Shown: positions 39,607-50,724, counted from the stretch's first letter. The stretch is 64,000 nt of DNA from a virus (IMGVR_UViG_3300029288_000115:32163-96162); one strand, 5' to 3'. Numbers and translations: made by a program. Notes: generated by a model not told the origin, from the letters alone.

Positions 39607-40508
39607 ATTCTCTTACACTGAATCCTCACAAGACAAGACTTACACTTTGCCAACTTAAAAGAAAAATCTTCACCATAGCATTCTGCACAATCTTCTGGAA
39701 TCTTCTCAACATCATCGCTCTTAGTTACCTCTTTAGCAGGAGCTACTTCTTTTTTCTTTTCCTCTTCCCCAATCTTTGGGGCAATAGCTCCTGTTGCTGG
39801 TTTTCTTTCCGTAGAGACTGGGCGTGACGTCCCCTTCTCAAAAGTCCCTTGCTCTTTTTCTGGAAAGATATCACGAGGATCACCTTTAACTTTATAAATC
39901 TCAACTAATTTCTCAAGCTCTTCCTCAGTAAACATGTGAGGCAACCCAGTCGTAGCCAAACAGTCTATAGTGTCTTCCCAACCTTTAGGTAATAAAGTCG
40001 TAATATCTTTAACCTGTGGGATTCCACGTACACTATACTGAACCCACCCGGTATTAGTTTTTTCTTTAGGTATCCGCTCAATAATAACATTTCTTCCAGC
40101 TGTTATAGCATAAATATCACCCCAATTTTTATCCAAAATAATACGTCGTAGCTGAGTCCGAATCTCTTTTCCAGATGTCATTACCTTGACCTTACCATCA
40201 GCTAAATCCAAAACATTATAACCATAATTAGCTTTTGGCTTATTTTGAAGCCTCTCACATATAGGGCACCTTCCTTCGTTTTTTCGACATCTGATCTTCT
40301 TAAAACCCGTAACATCAAATAAATATTCATGTACCGGAAATTCAACAGCAAAATCCTCAACGGCATCTGGGTCTCTAAGATATAAGGTATTCATAGGAAG
40401 CAACCGGACTTCGTTCGGGCCGTTTTCTATATTAAAAAATCTACTCTCTTCCGGCTCAAATGCCGACTTCTCTTCCTCTTCCTTTAACTTATCCAAATTC
40501 ATTTCCAT
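39582..40508 (-). CDS. ssDNA-binding protein (gp32-like)
   Basis: VRLLP, H..., CPICE, GRNVIIER, QYSV pattern; located between UvsY and UvsX. Confidence 0.75.
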   Translation of the reverse strand: MEMNLDKLKEEEEKSAFEPEESRFFNIENGPNEVRLLPMNTLYLRDPDAVEDFAVEFPVHEYLFDVTGFKKIRCRKNEGRCPICERLQNKPKANYGYNVLDLADGKVKVMTSGKEIRTQLRRIILDKNWGDIYAITAGRNVIIERIPKEKTNTGWVQYSVRGIPQVKDITTLLPKGWEDTIDCLATTGLPHMFTEEELEKLVEIYKVKGDPRDIFPEKEQGTFEKGTSRPVSTERKPATGAIAPKIGEEEKKKEVAPAKEVTKSDDVEKIPEDCAECYGEDFSFKLAKCKSCLVRIQCKRICFAGLKE

Positions 40509-40528
40509 CTCTCCTTTCTTTTCTCGTT

Positions 40529-40996
40529 TTATCTACCATCCAACCGCATTTCTTCTTTTTTCGTTGAATTTAGCTGAACCAACATATCTTTACGATGCTC
40601 CATTCCACGACAAAGAGCTTTTAACTTTCTAACTTCTTCCCTTAAAGGATAAAGTTTGTCCCTCAAATCCAAATACTCCACCTGCACTCTTACCCAAGCG
40701 TAGATTTTATTTTCTGTAATCTTTTCCTTAGAAGTCTTAGCACGTTCTTCCAAGACTTCCATCTGCTTTCCATAAAGCTCTATCTCTTTATCCTTAAATT
40801 CATCCTCAGTCTTTTCTAACAGAGTCTCTCTCGCAGCTAAAATTGTCCCCAAATAGGCATAATACGCTGAATGCATTTTAAGATCCTCATCTAAATTATC
40901 AGTATCTATGCTTTCATATTTATCACCATCAATAATCGTTTCTTTGCCTTGAACAACCGTTTTGATATTACCTACCACTACTAATCTCTCTTTCAT
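40529..40996 (-). CDS. UvsY-like recombination mediator
   Basis: Helical, with KITE and HRKDML motifs; synteny with SSB and RecA. Confidence 0.65.
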   Translation of the reverse strand: MKERLVVVGNIKTVVQGKETIIDGDKYESIDTDNLDEDLKMHSAYYAYLGTILAARETLLEKTEDEFKDKEIELYGKQMEVLEERAKTSKEKITENKIYAWVRVQVEYLDLRDKLYPLREEVRKLKALCRGMEHRKDMLVQLNSTKKEEMRLDGR

Positions 40997-41103
40997 TACT
41001 CCTCCTCTTTTATTTTAATTAATCCTCATAAGCGCCTCTAATTCTTTCATTTTCTTTTCTCTTTCTCAATAATATTAACGATACTTAACCAATAAACTGC
41101 AAA

Positions 41104-43503
41104 TTATTCCCAATGGTCTGAGACTTTTAAGTCTAAAAGTAATGGTGGAATCTCCTTTCCCGCCAAAGTACTAACAATATCCTCAACCTCTAAACGCGCT
41201 TCTTCTATAACCTCCTGTAAGATCTTAACGTCTCTATTTGCACACTCTAAACCAAACATATCATGCACAGTAGCCACAAAAAAGGCGTCTAAATTCCGCT
41301 CTTCTTTTTTCTCATAAATTAAATTCATTAATAATAAATTAACATCATTTGCGGCTCCCTGCACGGGAGCATTATAAGCTTGTCTCTCAGCGTGACTTCT
41401 TACCTTTAAATCAATATCTCTAAACTCGGCTGATAAGTTTCTTCTGCGTCCAAAAAAAGACTCAGCATATCCAAATTTCTTAGCCGAGGCTAAAACTCTT
41501 TGGTGCCCTTCCCTTATCCCATAAGCCTCAAAAATTCTATTCCGAAATAATTGTGCTTCCTCACGCGTCATAATCACACCATATTCCTTTTCGGCAAACT
41601 CCTGTAAAGAATCTGCAAACATGCCATAAATTAAGCCAAAATTACAAGCTTTAGCAAGTTGTCTCTCATCCTTAGTTATCTCCTCCAAAGCCTTTCCTAA
41701 AATCTCTTTAGCTGTCCAAGCATGAATATCTTTACCCTCTTTAAAAGCCATAAGCATTTTCGGTAAATCAAAAATAATCGCGGCCAAGCGAAGTTCTATC
41801 TGACTCCAATCGGCATATACTAAACTATATTCATCATCAACGCCATAAATACCTCTCAATTTGGTGTCTCTTGGGGTACTTTGTATGTTTGGATTACTAC
41901 AAGCTAATCTCCCTGTTAGCGTTCGAGTAAATGAATAATCAGCCCGTATTCTTCCATCAGCTCCAAGCTTACTCAATACCCCAAGGACATACGTCGTATA
42001 ATTCTTAAATAAAGTTTTATATTCTAATAAGCTATTAAGTAAAAAATGCGCTTTTTTCTCCTTAGCTGCATCAGAGCATAAAATCTTGTGTTTCTGTAGG
42101 GTCTCTAAATCCTCGGCTCTAATCTGCATTCGTCCTGTAGGCGTCTTTTTATCTGTATTTATGCCTAAAGATTCAAATATCTTTCCAATCTGCATAGGGC
42201 TTGACCAACGAGTCTCTCCAAATATTTCATTAAGGCTTTGCTCAATATCCTTCATACTTCTCTCTAGCTCTCCTTTTATAGCCTCTGCTCTTGTTTGGTC
42301 TACTTTAAACCCCCTATTCAGCATCTCAATTACGGGGTATTCAGCATTACCTAAAAATATCTCATAAGATTTTCTTAACCGTTCTGGAAGAATATCCCAA
42401 ACCTTCTTAAATAACTTCATCTCGTATTGAACATCTTCAGCACAATAAGAATAAATCTCTTCTTTAGAGGCCTTTATCATATCGTAGGCTATTCCCTGAT
42501 ATCGTATATTCAAAAGTTCTTTAATCATCTTCTTAGCCTTTAGTCCTGTGTCTCTTCGGTGCTCATCCAGTAAATAACATAAAACTTGAGTATCTCTAAT
42601 ATCCGCCCGAAACTTATAGCCCTTAGCCCATAAAAATCCAATATCAAACATAGCGTTATGAAACACTCCAATTTTGACCGCATCTAAAGCGGCCTGTAAG
42701 CCCTCCTTTCCCCCCACCCCTATTAAAGGATATATAAAGTTTTCTCCACCCACATTAAAACCGCAACAAATCAAGATGCCCAACTTTGGATCTAAATCCG
42801 TAGTTTCTATATCCACCGCAGCAAAGCCTTTATACTCTTTTAGCCGATCAATTAATAACTGATGCTTCTCTGCTGAATCAATTAAGGTATAACCAACCTT
42901 TTTTATTCTACCCTTTAGAATATCTATGCCCCATTTTAAATCCTCTTTCCAAATTTTTTCCTTTTCTGGGTCGTTTACTCTCATAATATACGAGGGATGA
43001 TAAACAGGTAATATTTTTTGATTCTGAGCTATAAAAACGTGCCCCCCAAAATCGTGTATCTTTACATCCATGGGTAAGATACTGTCTACAGCAATTCCAC
43101 CCATTAAAATTATAAGCTCATATTTCTTACTGTTTAAAATTGTCTGCAATTTGGGGGAACAGCGTCTTATCTCAGTTGGTGTAGGTGTTCGATTATTACC
43201 AGCAGCATCCGTTGGACGACAACTTACCACATTCGCGACATCACAAGGCTCATCCAAACCAACCTCACTTAAAGCCTGTCTAGCCAAACTCCCAGATCGT
43301 CCAATTAAAGGCCTACGCTTCTCTACCTCTGTTCGACCTGGGGCTTCAGCTACCACCAATACCCTACTACCAGCGTGAATTTCAGAGGGGACATACACAT
43401 CCTGTTTCTTAAAGGCGCATTTTAAACAAGGGTCAATATTCTCCATACTCCCAGCTATGGTTTTCTTTATAGGTTTTTTTCTTTGAAACATAACCGTACC
43501 CAT
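41104..43503 (-). CDS. polA: Family A DNA polymerase with N-terminal family-4 UDG domain and 3'-5' exonuclease
   Basis: VAEAPG, GRSG, CRP, YHPS (UDG); DIET, HNAMFD, YCAED (exo); TGRL, DWSQIELR, RQLAKACNFGLIYG, TVHD (pol). Confidence 0.95.
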   Translation of the reverse strand: MGTVMFQRKKPIKKTIAGSMENIDPCLKCAFKKQDVYVPSEIHAGSRVLVVAEAPGRTEVEKRRPLIGRSGSLARQALSEVGLDEPCDVANVVSCRPTDAAGNNRTPTPTEIRRCSPKLQTILNSKKYELIILMGGIAVDSILPMDVKIHDFGGHVFIAQNQKILPVYHPSYIMRVNDPEKEKIWKEDLKWGIDILKGRIKKVGYTLIDSAEKHQLLIDRLKEYKGFAAVDIETTDLDPKLGILICCGFNVGGENFIYPLIGVGGKEGLQAALDAVKIGVFHNAMFDIGFLWAKGYKFRADIRDTQVLCYLLDEHRRDTGLKAKKMIKELLNIRYQGIAYDMIKASKEEIYSYCAEDVQYEMKLFKKVWDILPERLRKSYEIFLGNAEYPVIEMLNRGFKVDQTRAEAIKGELERSMKDIEQSLNEIFGETRWSSPMQIGKIFESLGINTDKKTPTGRMQIRAEDLETLQKHKILCSDAAKEKKAHFLLNSLLEYKTLFKNYTTYVLGVLSKLGADGRIRADYSFTRTLTGRLACSNPNIQSTPRDTKLRGIYGVDDEYSLVYADWSQIELRLAAIIFDLPKMLMAFKEGKDIHAWTAKEILGKALEEITKDERQLAKACNFGLIYGMFADSLQEFAEKEYGVIMTREEAQLFRNRIFEAYGIREGHQRVLASAKKFGYAESFFGRRRNLSAEFRDIDLKVRSHAERQAYNAPVQGAANDVNLLLMNLIYEKKEERNLDAFFVATVHDMFGLECANRDVKILQEVIEEARLEVEDIVSTLAGKEIPPLLLDLKVSDHWE

Positions 43504-43504
43504 C

Positions 43505-44605
43505 TTATTTTTCTATGGCCTTTCCATGTTCAATAACTCTATGACGAAATTGATTCCATAGCATATCAATGCCACCCGTTTGCCAAATTCGATAATATTT
43601 CTTAATACCAGAAGATACCAAAATTTTCTCATACTTCGAAAAATTATTCTCTAAAAGGTCATCTCTTACAGCCCAAATCTTTTGCATAAAATTCTGTAAT
43701 CCTGTAAGCTCAAGGCGCTTTCCTATTGTTTCATCAGTATTTCTGGGAATATCTACAATATCTACACCATCATAGGATCGCAGTTTAACCCTACCACTGC
43801 GTATATCCTTAAAGTCTATTACTCCATTGGGACCATGTACCTGTCCAATCCGAATTAATGAATAACTAGAACTGTCCACAGAAATAATTAAATCTGGTCT
43901 AGTGTGCTGAATCAACCATACAAGAGGAATAAAGATACTAAAACCAGTCATGGCAAATAAATGAAGAATATCTCCAGGCTTTAAAAGATTATTCTCAACC
44001 AAAAATAAGTATTGCAAAGTTGCGCCTAATACCACACCCGTAAACTTTGCGCCAATTGCCCAACCAACTCCAGGAAAGCCTTTCACACCATCTACCCAAT
44101 ATCTTAAATTTTCCGGTGAGGTTCCATGTAAAATATTTATAAATCTATTGGAAAGATTTCTATCCAAGCTAAATTGAAAGTCCATATTCGTCTGTGTTAC
44201 AGCCAAAAGCTCCTCAAGCATTTTGTTATTTACAATACTTTTCTCCGGGGGGATGTCGCCCCCAAGAACCAAATCTCCTACCTCAATCTGCCAACGATAA
44301 TAACGTTCACGAGATCTGTAAAATCTTTTTCGGTCCATCTCGTTCCATCCATAATACTGAAAGCCACCAGAATCCACCAATATCTGTAAAGGGAAATTCC
44401 GACGAAGTAATTCATTATGGTAATTCTTTTCCCATAATCCCGCCGATAGTAACATTCGCATTTGCCCATCATACTTATCTTTTAAAATCTCACAAAGCTC
44501 AGGATAAAAATAATATACCCCATTCTTCTTATCCTGAATATATGTTCGTTTCTCTATAGGGGCTACTGCGGGGAATACCCAGATTTGCATATTAAATGTC
44601 TCCAA
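43505..44605 (-). CDS. dpdA: TGT-fold DNA transglycosylase (DpdA-like)
   Basis: VDSGGFQ, DIPP, ILHG, GWAIG, LHLF, SVDSSS motifs; folE/queDEC in the same genome; adjacent to the polymerase. Confidence 0.75.
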   Translation of the reverse strand: METFNMQIWVFPAVAPIEKRTYIQDKKNGVYYFYPELCEILKDKYDGQMRMLLSAGLWEKNYHNELLRRNFPLQILVDSGGFQYYGWNEMDRKRFYRSRERYYRWQIEVGDLVLGGDIPPEKSIVNNKMLEELLAVTQTNMDFQFSLDRNLSNRFINILHGTSPENLRYWVDGVKGFPGVGWAIGAKFTGVVLGATLQYLFLVENNLLKPGDILHLFAMTGFSIFIPLVWLIQHTRPDLIISVDSSSYSLIRIGQVHGPNGVIDFKDIRSGRVKLRSYDGVDIVDIPRNTDETIGKRLELTGLQNFMQKIWAVRDDLLENNFSKYEKILVSSGIKKYYRIWQTGGIDMLWNQFRHRVIEHGKAIEK

Positions 44606-45109
44606 ATCGTTTTCTTTTAAATAATACCGTGCTCTTAAATTTTATCTTCTGAGCGTCACTCCTAAGCTTACTTTCATAATAATCGTTTAATTCATTAGGT
44701 TTCTTCCTATTAAAAATTAAACAATACTCATGTGTCGTTAGCATTCTACGCTTAACAATAGCCTGTGGGTATAAAGGCTGGCGTTTTGCCGGAAGGTCTG
44801 GGCAATCTTTGCTCTAGTTCTACCAGCAAAGGGATCTAATATGATATCACCTTCAAAAGTTAAATACTCTATTAAATTCTTAGCATTCTCCGAATTAAAC
44901 TTTGATAAGGAGCTTCGTCCAATCTTCATCCAATTCTTTTCCATATCCATTTTAAAAGAGTCTTTGGCTATATCATCCTTAATACCCACATCAAAATCCG
45001 TACCTCTCTGATAGGGCCAAATAGATTTTGGCTCAAAACCGTAGCCGGCTCTTAAAAATAACAACTCTGAAGCCTTTTTCATTTGTAGACTATATTTTGA
45101 TTGAACCAA
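44592..45109 (-). pseudogene. N4/N6 DNA methyltransferase with internal deletion and frameshift
   Basis: N-part has SKFN and ILDPFAG (motif I). A second frame gives PAKRQPLY...HEYCLIF (typical C-terminus). No catalytic PPY motif between them. Confidence 0.7.
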
Positions 45110-45112
45110 AGT

Positions 45113-45841
45113 TTACTCGCTTTCAGGTTTTTCCTTCTTCTCTGTATGCGTTTCTATATTGGCTCCTATATACCAAATTGAATCTTCTTGGGCAATCTTT
45201 AAAAACTTTAAGCCATTTGGATTTTCCCCAAAGGATAAACCAAATTCTATTTCATCAAAATCCAAAACATTTAATACCGCTACCAGCTCATCCGCCAAGA
45301 AGGTTACCTCTAAATTGTCCTTTAACCCTAAACCTTCCTGAATGGAAACCTTTCCATAAAACATTTCTTCCTTGCCAACCACAACCTTTAAGTCTCCATT
45401 AGAGGATTTGAAGACAACCTGCTTAGCCATAATTGTCCGAATTAAATCAGCTATACGTCTAGTAGCCTCTACCTTAACCTTAAAACTTAATCCAACCAAG
45501 CCATTATATTTCTCTATCAGCTCCATATTTGGTACTTCAAGAATATCAGCATCGGCAAGCTTATATCCAAATTCGCTGTCTCCATCCACAATCTTCAATA
45601 CCCTTCGAGTTATTGTTGCCGTAATCTTTTTCTGGTTCGTCTTTGCTACCATGTTTAATAGAAGATTCACATCTATTAAACCTAAATCCTGCTCCGGACT
45701 TATAGTCTTACCAAAAAAAGTAACACTACCACTCTCTGATGCCGCAGATATATCACCTGTCGTTGAAATTAAGGCTTCATTTGAACCAACCGATTTTGCT
45801 AATGCCAAACTTCTTAATAACTGCCCTCTACTTATTTCCAT
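45113..45841 (-). CDS. Probable sliding clamp (gp45/PCNA-like)
   Basis: About 240 aa with a two-domain alpha/beta pattern; clamp loader present in the window. Confidence 0.55.
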   Translation of the reverse strand: MEISRGQLLRSLALAKSVGSNEALISTTGDISAASESGSVTFFGKTISPEQDLGLIDVNLLLNMVAKTNQKKITATITRRVLKIVDGDSEFGYKLADADILEVPNMELIEKYNGLVGLSFKVKVEATRRIADLIRTIMAKQVVFKSSNGDLKVVVGKEEMFYGKVSIQEGLGLKDNLEVTFLADELVAVLNVLDFDEIEFGLSFGENPNGLKFLKIAQEDSIWYIGANIETHTEKKEKPESE

Positions 45842-46422
45842 ATGTCCCTCCCATTGTCTCCTTCAACCAGGTCAAAAAATTCTTGACGGGTCTCTGGATG
45901 TTCTTTAAATGCTCCAACTAAACAAGATGTTACGGCAAAACCTTTTTGTTTCACACCCCTAATCATCATACATAAATGATATGCTTTTATTACAACAGCC
46001 ACGCCCTTTGGCTGAAGCCTTTCATATAGCCCTTGTGCTATGCCTTGTGTTAATTGTTCCTGTATCGTTGGACGCCTACTCATCCAGTCTACCCAGCGAT
46101 TTATCTTACTTAACCCTAAAAGTTGCTTGTCTGGTATATAAGCAATATAAGCCTTTCCTAAAAATGGTAAATAATGATGTGAACATAAGGAGTAGCAATC
46201 TATATCCTTAACCAAAATCATCTCATCATAACCAGTTGACGGGAAGGTCTTTAAGACAGGTTCAGGTTCAAATAGCCCTCGACATAAGGCGTCTGTATAC
46301 GATAAGGCAATTCTTTGGGGTGTGTCCATATTATTTGGGTCTGTTAGATCTTGCCCTAAGGTATTTAAAAGCACTATTGCGCTACTTCTAATTTTCTTTT
46401 GAGCCAAAGCTTTCTCTATCAT
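45832..46422 (-). CDS. folE: GTP cyclohydrolase I
   Basis: DTPQR, SLCSHHYLPF, GLSK, IQEQLT, HLCMMIRGV. Confidence 0.95.
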   Translation of the reverse strand: MIEKALAQKKIRSSAIVLLNTLGQDLTDPNNMDTPQRIALSYTDALCRGLFEPEPVLKTFPSTGYDEMILVKDIDCYSLCSHHYLPFLGKAYIAYIPDKQLLGLSKINRWVDWMSRRPTIQEQLTQGIAQGLYERLQPKGVAVVIKAYHLCMMIRGVKQKGFAVTSCLVGAFKEHPETRQEFFDLVEGDNGRDIWK

Positions 46423-46606
46423 TCTTTATAGAATCCTTTCCACATTTGGGTTTCTTTAGTCGTTTTCTTCCTGTTAGTTTGGCACTTATGCGTCTTCGGT
46501 CTTCTTCACTTTTGTTTTGATGCTTAAAAATATATCTACAACCAGGGTTCACTATCTGCCCACAGCCGCAATCGCAAAATTTGTTCCCCCCAGTTTTTTT
46601 CTCCAT
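46388..46606 (-). CDS. Small CxCGCG/NUMOD3-like protein, possible homing-endonuclease remnant
   Basis: CDCGCG and SEEDRRRISAKLTG motifs without a nuclease domain. Confidence 0.5.
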   Translation of the reverse strand: MEKKTGGNKFCDCGCGQIVNPGCRYIFKHQNKSEEDRRRISAKLTGRKRLKKPKCGKDSIKNDRESFGSKEN

Positions 46607-46693
46607 GGTGTCTATCTCTGATTAATCTCTAAAGAAATTCTTAAGAGATTATATACCTTATAACATCAAAAGTTTCTTAAACCTCAAAACTAC

Positions 46694-48148
46694 TTATATC
46701 TTTACTTCTTCTACCTCAAAACCTTCAGCAATACAAATTTCTTTTCTCTGCTCTGTGTGGCGTTGTAATAAAGGAATATCTAAACAATTATCATCAAAAT
46801 CATAAACCACTAATGAAGATAAGTCTTTTTTCTTTCTAAGTCCTCGACCAATCCTCTGTAACATCTTTCTTTTTGATTTTCCAGCACCAGCTAAAAATAC
46901 ATGCTTAATTCCTACAATATTTATGCCCTCTCCTAAAATGGGGCTACTAATCAAGCAAGAAATTCTTCCCTCTCTAAAGGCCTCAAATAACTCAAGACGA
47001 TCTTCTGATTCACCAAATACGTAGCGAACAGCCCCTGTATCTTTTAATCCATCATAAATAAAAGTACCATGCTCTAATCTGTCCACAATAATCAAAATTC
47101 CGGATTCTCCCGTAGCTAATAGCGCTTTAACCAATAGGATAAGAGCTAAATTTCTTTCCGTATTTCTTACTATTCCATTCTCATAAACATATGTCCAATA
47201 TCTTGTTTCGGGGTTTCTTCCTCGCCTTACAAATACTTGCCTTGCTGACTCTTTTAATCCTTCAATGTGCCAATTTCCAACTAAAAATTTTACTTTTGCC
47301 AAAGCTGAAACGTCTAATACTCTTAAATCTTCATTCGTTATTTCATATAACATATCACCAAACGTGCCCTTTAAACTTAATCCCAAACAGGACTCTTCCG
47401 GGGGGCAAGTTCCACTTAATCCCACTCTAACAAATGCGTTTGTCATAGTATCCAAAACTTTTGCATAAGAACCCTCCGCTCCAACGTGATGACACTCATC
47501 AACAATAACCACATTAATATTCTTCAGGTACTCTTTAATTCGCGTCTGTCGAGTAACTCGTGAATATAGAGTACCAATCATCCCAACGCAAATATTAGCC
47601 TCTAAATTGCTTTCCTTCCCAGCGGCTATTGTTCCAACCTCCAAAGTACCAATGTCTCTAAAATATTCGACAGCCTGTCTAAACAATTCCAATCTATGCA
47701 CCAAAAAAAGACACTTATAATCTTGAAATCCTTTTAATATTGCCAAAGCTATTAAAGTTTTTCCAGCGTTCGTAGCCATACTCAATAAACCCCTCTGCCA
47801 CCTAAATACCTCCAAAAGAGCCTTTTCTTGGAAAGGTCTCAATGGCAACAGGGTGTCTCTCCAAAGATCTCCAGGGCTTAATGGTTGTATATGGTTTAAA
47901 ACTTTAAATGTTATAGCTGGAGATTTAGAAATTAACCAATCTAATAAGCCAACTCTAACCAATAACCATCCACCCTTTCTATCTTCACTATATAAATGTC
48001 TTTTTCCATCCCAATTACCGGTTTTATATCTATAACTATAGATAGCAGAATCATCCACAAGCGTTAATAATATCCGAATTTGCTCAAGCTCTTCTTCTAA
48101 ACCCCCCAACTCTGCCCAAACCGCATTCTTAATCTGAACGACTATCAT
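46694..48148 (-). CDS. uvsW: SF2 helicase (UvsW-like)
   Basis: WDGK, LRPFQ, ATNAGKT, DECHH, GLSGT, QRIGRGLR. Confidence 0.88.
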   Translation of the reverse strand: MIVVQIKNAVWAELGGLEEELEQIRILLTLVDDSAIYSYRYKTGNWDGKRHLYSEDRKGGWLLVRVGLLDWLISKSPAITFKVLNHIQPLSPGDLWRDTLLPLRPFQEKALLEVFRWQRGLLSMATNAGKTLIALAILKGFQDYKCLFLVHRLELFRQAVEYFRDIGTLEVGTIAAGKESNLEANICVGMIGTLYSRVTRQTRIKEYLKNINVVIVDECHHVGAEGSYAKVLDTMTNAFVRVGLSGTCPPEESCLGLSLKGTFGDMLYEITNEDLRVLDVSALAKVKFLVGNWHIEGLKESARQVFVRRGRNPETRYWTYVYENGIVRNTERNLALILLVKALLATGESGILIIVDRLEHGTFIYDGLKDTGAVRYVFGESEDRLELFEAFREGRISCLISSPILGEGINIVGIKHVFLAGAGKSKRKMLQRIGRGLRKKKDLSSLVVYDFDDNCLDIPLLQRHTEQRKEICIAEGFEVEEVKI

Positions 48149-48999
48149 TATTTACCCATCCTCATCTTAATCTCATCTGCAAAAGTCCAAATCTTTGCGT
48201 GGTCTACCTTCTCCCGTAGCTTACGAGGATTCAAATCAGCTATATCCACATTATTCTCAATCTCTAAGGGGCTATACGAAAGTTTATAAACTTTTCTGCC
48301 CTTAAAGCCTGTTAAAATATCAAGAGCGTCCCTAGAAGCGTCTGCATCCAAAGCCACCACGATCTTCTTATCCCCTAAAAACTTGGTAATAAACTCTCTC
48401 GTCTTTGCATAAAGCCTTTTCCCTAATAAAATAACCACATCAAATTGAGCTTGAACAACCCTTATTGCATCAAAAACACCTTCCACCAATAAGACTATTG
48501 AACTCTCAGAAGATACGTACCAAACCAAGTCCTTCTTCGGTATTGACGGCAATAAATACTTTCTAGTACTAATATTTTGCCCTACCCAATATATTTCCTT
48601 TCCACAACTTGTTAACAAAAAGTATATAAAAGGATATCTAACCTTAATATTCCAATTCTTCCAATCTGCCTTAGAAAGTCCCCGACTCTGTAGATATTCC
48701 AAAATTCTTTCATCTTTACAAAATCTCACATCAATTAAACCCTCAACTGGGAGCATAACCTCTTTCTTACTTAAACCATACTCTCCTTTATAAGTTGATC
48801 TATAGATATCATAAAGCTCTCTCCAACCCTCTTTGTAACGTAACTTTTCTATGTCTCCACCAAAATTACAACACCAGGCGTGCACAATCCCAGGCTTATC
48901 TGGGCTTAAGGAAATTTGTAAATTCCATCGCTTATTTCCACAAGCGACACACTCTTCTAGTATTAACTCATTGCCCTTAATTCTATAATTTGTTTTCAT
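48148..48999 (-). CDS. DNA primase (Zn finger + TOPRIM)
   Basis: CVAC..HAWCC, YLQSRG, VEGVFDA, ALDAD. Confidence 0.85.
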   Translation of the reverse strand: MKTNYRIKGNELILEECVACGNKRWNLQISLSPDKPGIVHAWCCNFGGDIEKLRYKEGWRELYDIYRSTYKGEYGLSKKEVMLPVEGLIDVRFCKDERILEYLQSRGLSKADWKNWNIKVRYPFIYFLLTSCGKEIYWVGQNISTRKYLLPSIPKKDLVWYVSSESSIVLLVEGVFDAIRVVQAQFDVVILLGKRLYAKTREFITKFLGDKKIVVALDADASRDALDILTGFKGRKVYKLSYSPLEIENNVDIADLNPRKLREKVDHAKIWTFADEIKMRMGK

Positions 49000-50192
49000 T
49001 CGATTAAGATTCTTTGTAAATCACACTTAACAGGAATTATTGTTCCTCGTAGATTTTTTCCCCTACCTTCTCTATTCTTCAAAATAACCACACGAGCCTT
49101 TCCTTCCTTCAACTCTTTATCAGACATACATAAAGATAAAATAAGATCAGCATTTTCAATCTTCTTAAAGCTTTCACTAACATGCTCTTCAGTCACTACT
49201 GACGCGGATATCGAACCACGATTTGCCTGTGTAGCAGTTACCACAGCCAAATTGTATTGCTCAGCCAATAAGCGTAATTCATCTGTAAGCGTTCCTAAAG
49301 CTCGCCTAAAGTCTCCAAAAACCTTCATCTTATCTAAATAATCAACAATAAGTAATTCCGGTCTCGTCTTTTCACTTTGTAAATCCAAAATAGCCTCCAG
49401 ATCCATTGAAGATAAAGAACTTGGTCGTCGATATAGTATCTTTATATCAGACTGAATATATCGAAAAATTCTCTCTATTTCCTTTTCAGACTTCTCTCGA
49501 TAGGCTCTAATTTCCTCTCGAGTAAGCTTTGAAGCCCTTCTAATAACTCTTTCAGCTATTCTTTTCTCATTTAACTCTAGGCTGACATATAAGACATTTA
49601 CACCTAAAATTGCAGCCCCAAAGGCACAATTAACCAAAAAGGTCGTTTTCCCTGTGCCAGGGGGGGCTATTAAAATTGTTATCTCACCACGGCCAATTCC
49701 GCCTAAAACCTTATCCACAGAATCTATACCCGTTGGCACTACAGAATCTTTTTGAATCTCAACAACCTGATTTATGACTTCTTTCGTCATATCCCCAACA
49801 TTGAATATCTTCAAATTTGGCGTCTCTAATCTAATGCGTAATCGCCTTAACTCCTCGTAAACCTTATCATAATCAACCTTATCGCTCTCAATGTCCTCAG
49901 ATATTCTTATAACATAGGACTTTAAGGTTTCATTTCTAATTATTCTTTTTAATTCTTTCTTTACATAATCAGCCTCCAAATACACATCGTTAGGAATTAA
50001 ATCTCCAAACTTATGCTGTAACTCAATAATACTCGGCACATCTCTCATTTCCTGATAATAATCTTTAACATACTTTATTACTTCCCGCTGCCTTTCCATC
50101 ACCTCTATCATATCAAATAAGTCCAAAAAATATCTAAATAGTTCTTTACTTGTCAAGGCATAAACAATCAAACCAAAGTTATTTTCCATCAA
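48996..50192 (-). CDS. DnaB-like replicative helicase
   Basis: APPGTGKT, SLEL, IVDYLD, TATQANR, KNR. Confidence 0.92.
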   Translation of the reverse strand: MMENNFGLIVYALTSKELFRYFLDLFDMIEVMERQREVIKYVKDYYQEMRDVPSIIELQHKFGDLIPNDVYLEADYVKKELKRIIRNETLKSYVIRISEDIESDKVDYDKVYEELRRLRIRLETPNLKIFNVGDMTKEVINQVVEIQKDSVVPTGIDSVDKVLGGIGRGEITILIAPPGTGKTTFLVNCAFGAAILGVNVLYVSLELNEKRIAERVIRRASKLTREEIRAYREKSEKEIERIFRYIQSDIKILYRRPSSLSSMDLEAILDLQSEKTRPELLIVDYLDKMKVFGDFRRALGTLTDELRLLAEQYNLAVVTATQANRGSISASVVTEEHVSESFKKIENADLILSLCMSDKELKEGKARVVILKNREGRGKNLRGTIIPVKCDLQRILIE

Positions 50193-50724
50193 TGCGCCAA
50201 TCCTTTCCCTTGATCTTTATGATATCAAAACAACTTAAAAGTCTACTTACATAATAATCCTGTAGCTCCCACCGCTCTATAAGTTGCTCTAAATTATCAG
50301 CGTTGGTACTTAATATACCAGATTTCTGCTCAGAATATGTCTCCTCTATTACTCGCTGAAGCGTATTATGCCACAGCTTAGTATCATCCGGCTTTATATC
50401 ATCTATCAAAAATAAATGTGGTAAATCCCTAACCATAATATCTGCATCGGCTTTTTGATTTATCAAAAGCCTTTGTTGCCGAATCAACTCAAACCACTCA
50501 ATATATAGAACTTCACTACCTAAAAGTCGTCCTTCATCTAATAACTTCTTAAAAATTCCAATCATTAAATGGGTTTTACCTACTCCAGGGTCACCAATAA
50601 AAATCATGCCCTTTGGGCTAGACTCATCAAGATAGCTCAAAATTCGAAGCTTAAGAGGTTTAAGCTGTTGCCAGTCAAAATCCTCTAACGTTTTATCTCT
50701 ATGAGAATCAGGAACCAAAATCAT
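50179..50724 (-). CDS. DnaC/IstB-like helicase loader ATPase
   Basis: GDPGVGKTHL, LIDDI, STN, SRL, GKDWR. Confidence 0.85.
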   Translation of the reverse strand: MILVPDSHRDKTLEDFDWQQLKPLKLRILSYLDESSPKGMIFIGDPGVGKTHLMIGIFKKLLDEGRLLGSEVLYIEWFELIRQQRLLINQKADADIMVRDLPHLFLIDDIKPDDTKLWHNTLQRVIEETYSEQKSGILSTNADNLEQLIERWELQDYYVSRLLSCFDIIKIKGKDWRIDGK

